A stretch of DNA of 64,000 nucleotides from Octopus bimaculoides (Eukaryota): contig NC_068986.1 of assembly GCF_001194135.2 (NCBI RefSeq), positions 95,451,530 to 95,515,529 on the forward strand, given 5' to 3'. Positions 13,761-25,814 of the stretch are shown piece by piece (position 1 is the stretch's first letter; each line of letters starts with the position of its first letter). The position numbers were made by a program, and so were the translations under genes. A model generated the notes under the pieces. The model saw only the letters and a list, made by a program, of their open reading frames with translations. It was not told the DNA's origin and did not search any database.

Positions 13761-14468
13761 TATCTGAGGCCATAGAAATAAGAAACCACAGTATGGTAGA
13801 AGTCATAGCCTCTCATAATAAGGAGTACTGGCGTAAGGTCCCAGTGAAAACCTCAATAAAATGTAAACATAATACACCTGATATAGTGATTTGGGATAGA
13901 GAAGATAAACTATGTTCAGTTGTGGAAATCAGCTGCCCAGCGGATGTTAGCATAAAGCTGAAGATCAGCGAAAAAGAAAATACCTACACTGAACTATTGA
14001 GAAATCTACAGTTACTCTAATCTGATTACCAGTTCTGGTTTATACCTGTAATTATCGGCGCACTGGAATGTAACACACTACCTAGGTATCAATCTTGAGA
14101 AATTAGGCTTCTCAAAACCTGAAAGGAGAAAGCTAATTTGAAGACTACTGATCCAAGCCATCACTGGAACTGTAAAAATCTACAAAACTTTCCGGAGTTT
14201 TATCACTTAAGTATATATGAGCATGTGTAGACATGCAACTATATGCATGAGAATACATACATAAAAAATATACAAATCTGCAAATGCAGTGACTCCAAAT
14301 ACCGCACATATACACAAATATATGCAAAAATACCGTTGCTGTTGTTCAAATTCCAATGAAGAAACCTATAGTTTAGGTTAGAAACCAGCTCTCTTTCTCT
14401 CTTTTTCTCTCTCTCTCTCTCTCTCCCTCTCTATTGGCAAGAAATATTGAAATAAAGCTGAATAATGA
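13761..14468 (+). mobile_element. 5'-truncated non-LTR retrotransposon with restriction-like endonuclease (R4/Dong-like)
   Basis: KHNTPDIVIWDREDKLCSVVEISCPAD..KISEKENTY..L..LQLL, IPVIIGAL and GTVKIYKTF..*; AATAAA at 14451; (CATA)n on both sides. Confidence 0.85.
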
Positions 14469-14490
14469 CATACATACATACATACATACA

Positions 14491-15060
14491 TTTGTCACAG
14501 ATTGTGGATGATACAATTGTATCGTCACTTTATTTTGATAGTTTGGAAAAGAAAGTCAGTAAGTGCCAGACTTTCATCCAGATCTGTCAGTTCTTTCATG
14601 ATAAATCCCAAGATAACGAAAAGAGTGAAGAATAGCAGTCTTGTCTTATACATACGCATACATCCATCAGTTAACTATCTATAACTGGCTATTGTCATAA
14701 GGTGCTCCTATAGTTCATACTATTTGGGTCTACACTTGTTCTCCTCATCTTCTGCACAGCCTTCTGTCACAGAGTCGAAAGCAACTTTAAAGTTGATGAC
14801 TTCGAAATGTAACGTTGTTTGAAGTTCTTTTTTGAAGTTTTTTTTTCACTGACTACAAAAACGACATCAACTGTGCCTCTACTAACTTTAAAACCTGACT
14901 GTTTTCCGTCAGTTATTCAGTTAAACTGCTCATTCCGTGGAGGAGATTTCTACTGAGTACATTCCCTGATGTTGATAAGAGGATAATTGCTTTGGGTGAT
15001 GGTATTGCGTTTTTTTTTTATATTCAGTTGCTGGGTCTTGGAAAATAAACAGTGCCTATG
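14491..15060 (-). mobile_element. RTE-like LINE RT fragment
   Basis: Minus strand reads QSGFK..RGTVDVVF, NFKVAFDSV, VRQDC..LF...FIMKEL and a decayed (Y)SDDT motif. Confidence 0.7.
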
Positions 15061-15748
15061 GACTTCGCGGGTTTACGGAGACCAAGAAGAGTGTTACTAT
15101 TAATGATTCGACTAAACTATTAAAAATCAGACCCACAGGAAAAAAATAAGCAAAGAAGGAGAACCAGAGGCCCGACTAGAAGTGGGTAGGACAGGGTTTA
15201 GTGTTTAGTGTAGGGTCTTTGGGTGGATACAATATTTGTGATGAGCAAAGAAGAGATCAGTGCAACAAGAATGTCTAAATGAAAGTAGCATGAGACCAGT
15301 CAATTCCAACGAATAGAAGGCATTATAGAAGCAAAGGGTGGATGCAGCCCACCTGTGGTCAGAGTCTGGGCATGACTTTAAGTGATTTTTATTTCTTGTC
15401 TTTCTTCTTTTGTGGTGTCTTTTCTTTTTTCCATAATATGCTCAATATTAATATGTAGTGTATTGCGTTCTCATCTTTTAGTACACTAGCACTTATGGCG
15501 TCTAGACAATAGACTTAATAGTTGTTCATCCTTCTTACTGATTTTTCTATTTCTTTTTTGTTATTTCTACTTGAATATCAACATCAGAAGCACTATCCGA
15601 GATTTCTGATATGGTTTCCGGCTTATGTAAGACTTTAGTGAAGAGATGTTATCCAAAATGATCTTTCCAACATAACGTGTTTCAGCTCTGTATGTGTGTT
15701 AGATTCTTTAACTTTGATTGCACTTGAGTAAAGGTACAAAAGAAGCTC

Positions 15749-16060
15749 CGACCTGCATTTCAAACTAAATTTCCGTCTGCAAAAATTGTATTTATTGGTA
15801 AATTGTAAAGTTTAATAAGTTCATGTGCCGCAGGGGAAAATGTTCCCGATGTTTTCGAACAAGTGCTTTCTTCGGGGAGNNNNNNNNNNCACCCACACAA
15901 ACACACACACACGTACGCACACACGCACACACACACTCACACACGCGCACGCGCACGCGCACGCACACGCACACACAAACACATACGCATACAAACATAT
16001 TCAGTACCATATGTACATATATGTATATATACATATACATATATTTATAAATACACACAT

Positions 16061-16127
<67 letters not shown>

Positions 16128-16805
16128 NNNNNNNNNNATACATACATGCATGCATACATGCATACATACAGACAGACAGACAGACAGACAGGCAGACAGA
16201 CAGACAGACAGACATGCATATACATATGTATATATATATGCACGTATATATATATTCAATTTTTTTTCTCCGTGTTTTTCTCCTTGTCTCCGTATTCTTT
16301 CTGTTGAAGAGCGTAGCTCGAAACGTCAAAGACTTTCCGTATTCCCGAGCGTCATACTAATATATACTTTTGTTATTTACACCACCTGTCCTCGTCTGTT
16401 GTTATTTTTTGTATATTCTCCCAGTGTGTGTGTGTGCGTGTGCGTGCGCGTGCGCGTGTGTGAGTGTGTGTGTGCGTGTGTGCGTACGTGTGTGTGTGTT
16501 TGTGTGGGTGGGTGCGTGTGTGCGATGTAAAATTTTTGAAGTTCGTTTGCCGTTGAGTGAAGAATTTCCAACTTTTTGAAGTCAATGGGAAAAATCTGCG
16601 GGGAACGGAACAGTTTTTCCTTAAGATCTTGGATACTACCTCTCGATCTACAGATGGAAAATAATCTTTTCCCGCTCCCCGAAGAAAGCACTTGTTCGAA
16701 AACATCGGGAACATTTTCCCCTGCGGCACATGAACTTATTAAACTTTACAATTTACCAATAAATACAATTTTTGCAGACGGAAATTTAGTTTGAAATGCA
16801 GGTCG
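15749..16805. repeat. Inverted duplication: 15749-15879 versus 16675-16805 (131 bp identical), plus 15891-15975 versus ~16424-16510
   Basis: Direct read-through comparison. The 11-N gap in the left copy stands where ~160 bp is present in the right copy. Confidence 0.9.
16296..16332 (+). ncRNA. Minimal type I hammerhead motif with CUGUUGA core, copy 1
   Basis: tcttt-CTGTTGA-a-gagc(gta)gctc-GAAA-C-GTC-aaaga: 5-bp stem I, 4-bp stem II, loop-less stem III; core position 6 is U rather than A. Confidence 0.6.
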
Positions 16806-16871
16806 ATGATTGACCGTTGACTGAACACTATTCAATTTTTTTTCTCCGTGTTTTTCTCCTTGTCTCCGTAT

Positions 16872-16908
16872 TCTTTCTGTTGAAGAGCGTAGCTCGAAAC
16901 GTCAAAGA
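16872..16908 (+). ncRNA. Minimal type I hammerhead motif with CUGUUGA core, copy 2
   Basis: Identical to 16296-16332. Confidence 0.6.
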
Positions 16909-17673
16909 CTTTCCGTATTCCCGAGTGTCATACTAATATATACTTTTGTTATTTACACCACCTGTCCTCGTCTGTTGTTATTTTTTGTATATTCTCCCAT
17001 ATATATATATATATATTTATATATATACATAGATATATATATGTATGTATGTATGTATGTATTACATGTATATATAATATATGTATCCTTGGTTTGTGTT
17101 TAGACAGTGGGATATATTTTATACAGCTGACAGCATTGTGCCGAAGTGCAGAAGCATCTACACCTTGGTACTTGACCGGAAGAATAAACAGTTAGAAAAA
17201 CTGGATCATTTCATATTAAAGAATTGAAACAGTAATGTTTTTGACTACGACGACGACAACGACAAAGAGCAGGAGGGGGGAACTGTTTGAACTTGTTGAA
17301 CGCCATGTCAGATCTGATCTAATACGATGAAAGGATATCCAGCTGTGATTACTCTTCACTTTTCAGAAATTGTAAACACGACTACGTTTTGCACTTCTCA
17401 ACCTTTTCTTTAAGACGGCAGTGTATAGTTTGAGGGCGATCTAACATACATTTCTAGCAGATAGAACAGCAACAAAGAAGTTCTCTTGCATGCTTGTATA
17501 CCAGATAATACCAGTAATACGATACCGTCATTTAAACTCAACCTTTGCTTTGGAAAAACACGCTGACTTTGAACGTACTCGGAGTAATCAAAATTTTACT
17601 CTCTCACTCCCTATCTCTGCTTATCTTTCTCCCTCCCTATGTATATCTATCTATCTATCTATCTTTCTATCGA

Positions 17674-17796
<123 letters not shown>

Positions 17797-18395
17797 GCAA
17801 ACACACGAATCACTGTGTTTTACTCTCTCCTTCTCTTTCTTTCTCTCTCTCTGATACACACACACACAAACACACACATTCTCCAATACGTATTATGCAT
17901 TCAAGTTAAATTAAGGACTGATGAAACGAGAATAGGGCATGTCATGTGATCAATGAAGAAGTATCGGATTAAAATATCGACCAATCAAAGCAATGGGATA
18001 TGTCGGAGTAGGAATCTATGAACTCCATCTGTCAGGCAAACAGTTTAGCTTAAAGATATTATTAGATTCGCTAATATTTTTAGTGGGGGCCTTAGGAGGG
18101 AGAAATGATAGGTGGTTGTGGAGAAGAGATAGGGTTGTTTTAAGTAATACTGGTGAGGGGGGAAGGTGAAGGATTGAATATGTGAGAGGTAGACAGGTAG
18201 GTATGTAGGTGGCATAGTAAAAAATAACGCAGTGTAAAGAGGCAAAAAGATGTTGAAAATGTGTAAGAGTGAAAAGTGGGAAGAAGAACAGGAACTAGAA
18301 TATTTAGAAAAAAATACATGCATATACATATATGCTTGCATGTGTATGTATATGTATGTATATATGCATTTGTGTATATATATATATATATATAT

Positions 18396-18642
18396 ATTCT
18401 TTATTCTTTTACTTGTTTCAGTTATTTGATTGCGGCCATGGTGGAGCGCCGCCTTTAGTCGAACAAACTGTCCCCAAAATTTGTTCTGTGGAAGGCCAGT
18501 ACTTATTCTATCAGGCTTTTTTGCCGAACCACTTAGTTACGGGGACGTAAACACATCAACATCGGTTGTCAAATGATGGTGCGGGAACAAACACAGACAT
18601 ACAAATACATACATATATACATACATACTTATATATATATAT
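18396..18642 (-). mobile_element. SINE family B, 3' half, ending in (TA)n and a gap
   Basis: ttcttttacttgtttcagt...gcggccatg...gttacggggacgtaaacac matches the other family B copies. Confidence 0.85.
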
Positions 18643-19206
18643 NNNNNNNNNNNNNNNNNNNNNNNNNNNNNNNNNNNNNNNNNNNNNNNNNNNNNNNNNN
18701 NNNNNNNNNNNNNNNNNNNNNNNNNNNNNNNNNNNNNNNNNNNNNNNNNNNNNNNNNNNNNNNNNNNNNNNNNNNNNNNNNNNNNNNNNNNNNNNNNNNN
18801 NNNNNNNNNNNNNNNNNNNNNNNNNNNNNNNNNNNNNNNNNNNNNNNNNNNNNNNNNNNNNNNNNNNNNNNNNNNNNNNNNNNNNNNNNNNNNNNNNNNN
18901 NNNNNNNNNNNNNNNNNNNNNNNNNNNNNNNNNNNNNNNNNNNNNNNNNNNNNNNNNNNNNNNNNNNNNNNNNNNNNNNNNNNNNNNNNNNNNNNNNNNN
19001 NNNNNNNNNNNNNNNNNNNNNNNNNNNNNNNNNNNNNNNNNNNNNNNNNNNNNNNNNNNNNNNNNNNNNNNNNNNNNNNNNNNNNNNNNNNNNNNNNNNN
19101 NNNNNNNNNNNNNNNNNNNNNNNNNNNNNNNNNNNNNNNNNNNNNNNNNNNNNNNNNNNNNNNNNNNNNNNNNNNNNNNNNNNNNNNNNNNNNNNNNNNN
19201 NNNNNN

Positions 19207-19452
19207 GTATATTTGCCACTTAAATGTGGCTGACCCCTAAGGGTGGATGTTACTGTTGCTTTTAGCCCCAGGAGAACATCTCCTCCAACTGGCTATCGAC
19301 ACACATCTGTGTCCTTTCTGTATTTGCAAAGGGAAGTCATCCTTCCCATCTTGATCTGCGATACGCACGGACTCGAGTTTCTGGGTATTTACCCGTCCTC
19401 AGCGTACGACAATCGCCGACCTTCGATGCGAAAGATATCCCTTTGCAAATAT
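19207..19452 (-). mobile_element. Highly structured ORF-less element carrying a hammerhead (retrozyme-like or PLE-derived)
   Basis: A long rod closed by tttgcaaaggga (19323-34) / tccctttgcaaa (19438-49), plus five short hairpins in 19215-19313. Confidence 0.6.
19358..19416 (-). ncRNA. Type I hammerhead ribozyme with palindromic stem III
   Basis: Minus strand: gcgat-tgt-cgtacg-CTGAGGA-c-gggt(aaat)accc-a-GAAA-c(tcga)g-TC-cgtgcg-t-atcgc. Predicted GUC cleavage between 19370 and 19369. Confidence 0.75.
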
Positions 19453-19460
19453 ATATAACT

Positions 19461-19572
19461 TTTTCCAGTGAAATTATTCACTGATCTCGAAAAAGTGAAA
19501 ACAAGCAATGTTAAATCTCTGAACGAGGTATTAACAGTACCCCCGAGATCAGTGAATAATTTCACTGGAAAA
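19461..19572. mobile_element. Small MITE-like element with 29-bp perfect TIRs
   Basis: ttttccagtgaaattattcactgatctcg (19461-89) and its exact reverse complement (19544-72). Confidence 0.75.
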
Positions 19573-19708
19573 GTACATATATACATATAGAGATATATAT
19601 GCATACGTACAGACACACACACATATACCTATGTACACACATACGCATGTCTCTCTCTCTTTCTATTTTCTATCTTTCTCTGTCTCTCTCTCTATCTATC
19701 TCTCTCAC

Positions 19709-19776
<68 letters not shown>

Positions 19777-20271
19777 TTTGTGAAAATTCTTGAATCGCAG
19801 ATCAAGTATACTAGAAATACAAAGAGGACTCAACACGAATCAGAACTAACCCTCGTGTGATTCGTTACGTGTTACAGAATTAACGTTTTAGCAGAGAATC
19901 TCTGCTTTCGTTAATTCAATAGTTCCTCGGAAACTGAACGCATGCACACACACATACATACACAGACCTGCATAGATATATACTTATATATATACATGTG
20001 TGCGCGCGTGTGTCCGAGCGTGCGTGCGTGTATGTGCGTACGTGCGTGTGTGCGTGTGCGTGTGCGCGTGCGTGCGTGTGGGCGTGTGGGCGTGCGCGTG
20101 CGNNNNNNNNNNGTGCGTGTGGGCGTGTGGGCGTGCGCGTGCGTGCGTGTGGGCGTGCGCGTGCGTGAGTGCGCGCGTGCGTGCGTGGGTGTGCGTGTGT
20201 GTATGCATGTATATATGTATGCATGTGTGTATGTATGTGTATGTATGGGTATATGTGTATGTATGTATGTA

Positions 20272-20591
20272 TACTCTTTTTTACTCTTTTACTTGTTTCA
20301 GTCATTTAGTCGAGCAAATCGACCCCAGGACTTATTCTTTGTAAGCCTAGTACTTATTCTATCGATTCTCTTTTACCGAACCGCTAAGTTACGGGGACGT
20401 AAACACACCACCATCGGTTGTCAAGCGATGTTGGGGCACAAACACAGACACACACAAACACACACACACACACACACACACANNNNNNNNNNNNNNNNNN
20501 NNNNNNNNNNNNNNNNNNNNNNNNNNNNNNNNNNNNNNNNNNNNNNNNNNNNNNNNNNNNNNNNNNNNNNNNNNNNNNNNNNNNNNNNNNN

Positions 20592-20627
<36 letters not shown>

Positions 20628-20703
20628 ACATATACATATATATGACGGGCTTCTTTCAGTTTCCGTCTACCAAATCCACTCACAAGGCTTTGGTCGGCCT
20701 GAG
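20272..20703 (-). mobile_element. SINE family B with internal (CA)n/gap/(TA)n
   Basis: Tail half 20272-20460, microsatellite and gap, head half gacgggcttctttcagtttccgtctaccaaatccactcacaaggc. Confidence 0.85.
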
Positions 20704-20967
20704 GTAGATATACATATGCATAAACACATATAGACAGGTAGATAGACAGACAGAAACAATAGCAAACAGAAAACAGGTTTGGAAGTTATGTAATTCAATG
20801 CTTTTACAGGACAAACTCGTACTTCCCCAAATTGCCTTCATAAATACATAACACTTGTAGAAACATATAATCTTGCAATACATTTCATCAGTATTCCGCA
20901 ATACTTACAATATGCATGGAAGGCTCACTGAAGAATGTATGTGCGTGTGTGTGCGTGTGTCTGTGTT

Positions 20968-21024
<57 letters not shown>

Positions 21025-21034
21025 NNNNNNNNNN

Positions 21035-21091
<57 letters not shown>

Positions 21092-21552
21092 TTACCTTTT
21101 CCGTTATGGAAGTTATCAATAATATCGCATTTCGCACGATGTAGCAGAGGATAATAAAACGGACCATTGATGCACGACGCCACTCTGTCATAAACAATTG
21201 GATGAGAATACAAAGAAAAACGTTTTTTATACTTTTTTCTTTTATCTATTAACGTGTATATAGTAATTATACAATTATTTCCAAAAAAACATGTCTCTAT
21301 CTCTACATGTAAAAGTAATGAGCAAAAGAACAGCCTTTAAGAATAACGTAGAGGCTGCTGGGAAAACATCTATGTGGTTCTGTACGAGAAAAAGATGATT
21401 GGCAGAGTCATTAGAATGCTGTTGGAACACAGGCTTAGATTTGATCAATCTAGATTTGGTCGTCTGGGTGAGGATGCATGTTATAAGACCCAAAACACTC
21501 AGTGATCACAAGAAACATCACTGAGAATATGTTCAAGTATAGATGTATATTT

Positions 21553-21855
21553 TATCTTTAACTTGTTTCGGTCTTTAGACTGCGACTATGCCGGGACACC
21601 AACTTGAAGAATTTCAGTCGAATGAATCAACCCTAGTACTTTGTTTTTAAAGCCTGGTTTCTTTAGCCGAACTACTAAGCTTCAGGGTCGTAAACACACC
21701 AACACCAATTATCAAGCGGGGCGGAGGACTAACACAGATCCATTCGCAAAGCTTTGTCTGTAATAGAAGACACTTGCCCTTGGTGTCGCACAATGGAATT
21801 GAAATCGGAACCATGTGATTAGAAAGCTAACTTCTTCTCACACAGCCACACCTGC
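21553..21855 (-). mobile_element. Degenerate SINE family B
   Basis: Recognisable tail (ttttaacttgtttc..gactgcg) and head (agaagacacttgccc..gaaccatgtg). Confidence 0.65.
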
Positions 21856-22837
21856 ACCTATGCTGAACTTTCAAAAGTAAATATATACATAGATATATGC
21901 ATGCATGTTTGTATGTATGTATGTATGTATGTATGTATGTATGTTAGGCTTTTCCTTCTTTTTATTCATTAGTGTTCTTTCTAGAAGTAAGGAGCTGGTT
22001 TCTAACAAAGAGAGAAAAACTCCATCATTGAAGTTTGGATATCAATAACGAAAATTGTCACATATCGAACTTTAAGAATATCTTGCATATTTTAACTGTT
22101 CTACTTACAGATTGTGTGTGTAAAGTTCATGTTAGCCTGTCATAATGTTTTGTTTGTCTGTATGCACATATGTGAACGTATGTACGCATGAGTGTATGTA
22201 TATACATTCCAAGTTGTAGGCCTCAATTTTTATTTTATAAATATGTAACTGAAATTTTACTTAGTGGTGCAAAGAAAAGTTCATAGGATCTAATAATTTT
22301 CTCAAATTCTTTCTCAAGAAAGGAATTAGGAACTGTTTCGATGGAACAATTTTGACTGAATTATCCGATGCTCCAAGACCAACCGAATATATTATCAATT
22401 ATTCGTTAGAAGCAATTTATAGAAATTATAGTGAATTCATGGAATAATATTTATTTTAGGAATTAATAAACCCAGGCAATGTCAGGTATTGCTTCTAGTA
22501 TTTGATAAATCTATTAGTGTTCGTTTACTTAGAAATTATGTCAATATGAGTTATATACACATGATATTCTCAAGTTTAATCTTGTGTAAATACGACATGT
22601 ACAGACACATTACTGGTAACGCTTACAATAACAAATGGGAGCGATGGGGGGATTTCGATTGTCACAAGAGGGTTTGATTGTGGATACACTACATTTGTTG
22701 TTGTTGTTGCTGCTGCCGCCTCTGTTGGTGTTTTTTTTTATGATGATGCTGAGGTCGACTTTGCCTTTCATCGTTTAGAGATCTATAACAACAACAACAA
22801 CAATTATAATGATGATGATAGTGATGATGATGATGAT

Positions 22838-23225
22838 GATTTCAAATTTTGGCACAAGGCCAGCAATTTTCGGAGAGTGAGTAAGTCGATTACATTGTCT
22901 CCAGTACTTAACTAGTACTTATTTTATCGATCCCGCAAGGATAAAAGGCAAAGTAGACCTCGGAGGAATTTGAACCCAGAACGTAAAGACAGGCGAAATG
23001 TCGCTAAGCATTTTGCCTGTCTTTACGCGCAAACGATTCTGCCACACAGTGAATAAGCAAAGTTGTTAGAGCGCTGGATAGAATATCTCGTTTCATTTGA
23101 TTCATCTGCAGCACTTGAGTTCAAATCCCGCCGAAGTCAACTTCGCTTCTCATCCTTTCGGGATCACTAAGAAACGGACTGATCCAGGGCAATGGATTGG
23201 TGTAACAATTAACGGATCGAGTTAG
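22838..23225. mobile_element. Two SINE family A copies head to head (~22838-23045 minus, ~23075-23225 plus)
   Basis: aaaggcaaagtagacctcggaggaatttgaac on minus and gagttcaaatcccgccgaagtcaacttcgc on plus; (GAT)n tail on the left. Confidence 0.75.
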
Positions 23226-23619
23226 ACGCCTTGCAGTATCTATCATGGCTCTTTGAGTTCTACCAGCAACGCCTGCGACGACACTGGGGCCATTCTTTCT
23301 GATAAACATTGGTGATGTGAAGAGAGAAGATTTGCATGTATGAGTAACTGCTAGACCTCCTCAAAAGATGTTGCCCAAGTCTGCACGTACATCATCAGAA
23401 GCAATCCTCCAACAATCCTCCGAAGATAGGTTTAGCCTTGACCCCTTAGCTAGTAACTAATGCTGCTGTTGCTGTTGTTTTTGTTGTAACTGAAGTCATA
23501 AGAAAAATCTATAACAACAAAAATGACATTACGAACAGCGGCAACGATGAAAACAAACTCACAAACTGTAAAAGTAATAACAAAACAACTACCCACTACT
23601 GACTTTGCTGCTATTATTG

Positions 23620-23650
<31 letters not shown>

Positions 23651-24074
23651 TGTTGCTGTTGTTGTTGTTGTTGTTGCTGCTGCTGTTTTTTTTCTGCCGC
23701 TACTGTTGCTACTAATGTTGCTACAATCGGTAGTTTTGATAATTTATATAACACTGTTCAGCTTATTCAATTTCCTCCCAGATCAAAGAATTTTTTGATT
23801 ACACAAAATCTTCCTGTCGGCCCTATGTTATACCATTATTCTAGTTATGCCAACCTGATATTTGGGACATTAAAACGTGTCCTTTTTCATTGTAATGACG
23901 GTGGGAAATTAGTCGACAGTGGGTAACCGGAACTACATTGATTAGTATGAGTGACTACAGAAACACAACTGACCTGCTTTGATAATGTTTTACAATATTA
24001 GTATTACATGATGAAGACTTGTCTAAAGCAAAGTACACAAGAATTTTTATTTTATTTTAGATTATCTAAATAAA

Positions 24075-24118
<44 letters not shown>

Positions 24119-24155
24119 NNNNNNNNNNAGAGAGAGAGAGAGAGAGAGAGAGATA

Positions 24156-24206
<51 letters not shown>

Positions 24207-25057
24207 TAAATACAACGAACAATATAAGCGGCAACATAGGAAGAACAAGCTTTAACAAATACGGCATTAGCTTAACGCTTTAATGGATATGTGTGTATGT
24301 ATATATGAATGAATAAGTGTATGTATATATGTATGTATGTGTGCGCGTGTATGTGTATGTGTGTGCGTATGTGTGTGAGTATGTGTGTGCGTATGTGTGT
24401 GATGTGTGGGTAAACATGTAGTGGGGTGTGCATATTACTAATACACAACTCTGTGTACTTCATTATTCTGTGGAGGTGGGGCGTGTGTCTGTATGTGTGT
24501 GTGTGTATATGTGTATGAGTGTAGGTGTATATGTGGGTGGGTGAGTGGGCGGTTTGGGTGGGTGCATGTGTGTGGGTGCTTGTGTGTGTGTGTGCGTGTG
24601 CGTGTGTGCATCTCATATGTAATACGTGATCGTGTGCATGCGTTCTTCCCTGGAGCTGCAAATTCCTAAAATGTTTTGTAAGTTTTCACCGTGGCTTTAA
24701 TCTCCAAACTGTATTTGGAGAATGCGAATATGTTTGTTCTTCTTCGGAAAAACCACCAGCATTTCTAAATTTTTATACAGATCTTACGTTGCATAACTCA
24801 AAGCACGTATTATAACAGCAAAAAATAGAAATTTATGCTTTTGGTATTAAAGCTGTAGGTTTCTCATTTATTCTCTATAGATATTCTTGTTACCCAATTT
24901 TTAACGTGACATTCACATCTGCCGAGCAGTTGATCTATGCAACTGTGCATGACTTTTGCCAGTCCCAAATAACAGAATCTGGCTTGTTGTGCTTATAACG
25001 GGTAACTGTTTTTACTGGTCTTTTCCACGAGTGTTCTTTATTGTTGTTAAATATTCT

Positions 25058-25280
25058 TTTAGTCTTTTAGTCTTTTACTTGTTTCAGTCATTTGAGCAAA
25101 TCGACCCCCAGGACTTATTCTTTGTAAGCCTAGTACTTATTCTATTGCCGAACTGCCATGTTACGGGGACCTAAACACACCAGCATCGTTTGTCAAGTGA
25201 TGTTCGGGGGACATACATAGACACACAAACATAGACACACACATATACACACACATACACACACACACACACACACACGC

Positions 25281-25315
<35 letters not shown>

Positions 25316-25440
25316 ACGGGATTCTTTCAGTTTCTGTCTACCAAATCCACTCATAAGGCTTTGGTTGACCCGAAGTGCCACGCAGTGGGAATGAATTCTG
25401 AACCATGTGGTTGGTAAGCAAGCTACCTACCACACAGCCA
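25058..25440 (-). mobile_element. SINE family B with internal (CA)n(TA)n
   Basis: Tail, microsatellite and tRNA-like head (gaaccatgtggttggtaagcaagctac) all present. Confidence 0.85.
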
Positions 25441-25814
25441 TAAATTCTGGTTCTGGTGTGCTTTGGCATGGCTGTCAGGATAATCGTACCCTCGGAGGAT
25501 TGTCCTGTCTCATGGGAAAGTAGAATCTTGCAAACATTTATGTTGATCATGGTATAAGTGATATCATCCACACTGATATGACACAATTGGTATTTTCTAT
25601 AACGAAATGGATGTCTAGAGACATTCTTATCTCTCTTGCTGATTAGGTATTTTATAGTTATCTTCTGTTATAGGATAGCAAAAGAGTAGCCTTCTAAGCT
25701 GAGAAGTGATGTATATATCCGTATATGTATTTGCCAATATATCCAAGTATGTGTATGAATGTGCGTACGTTTGTGCGTACGTTTGTGCGTACGTTTGTGT
25801 ATATGTATATGTAT

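Larger units (their letters stand above)
16253..16999 (+). repeat. 171-bp direct repeats (16253-16423 and 16829-16999), PLE pLTR-like
   Basis: The copies differ at one visible position (gagcgtc versus gagtgtc); each contains a minimal hammerhead-like motif. Confidence 0.85.

Noticed and set aside
14345-14390. ATGAAGA-aacct/aggtt-aGAAAC motif in the R4-like 3' UTR (similar at ~21995)
   Set aside because: Position 3 is wrong, there is an extra base before GAAA, and there is no NUH or stem I.
19215-19313. HDV-like ribozyme in the hairpin cluster
   Set aside because: The nested double-pseudoknot order (P1-P2-P3-P1.1-P4) could not be satisfied on either strand.
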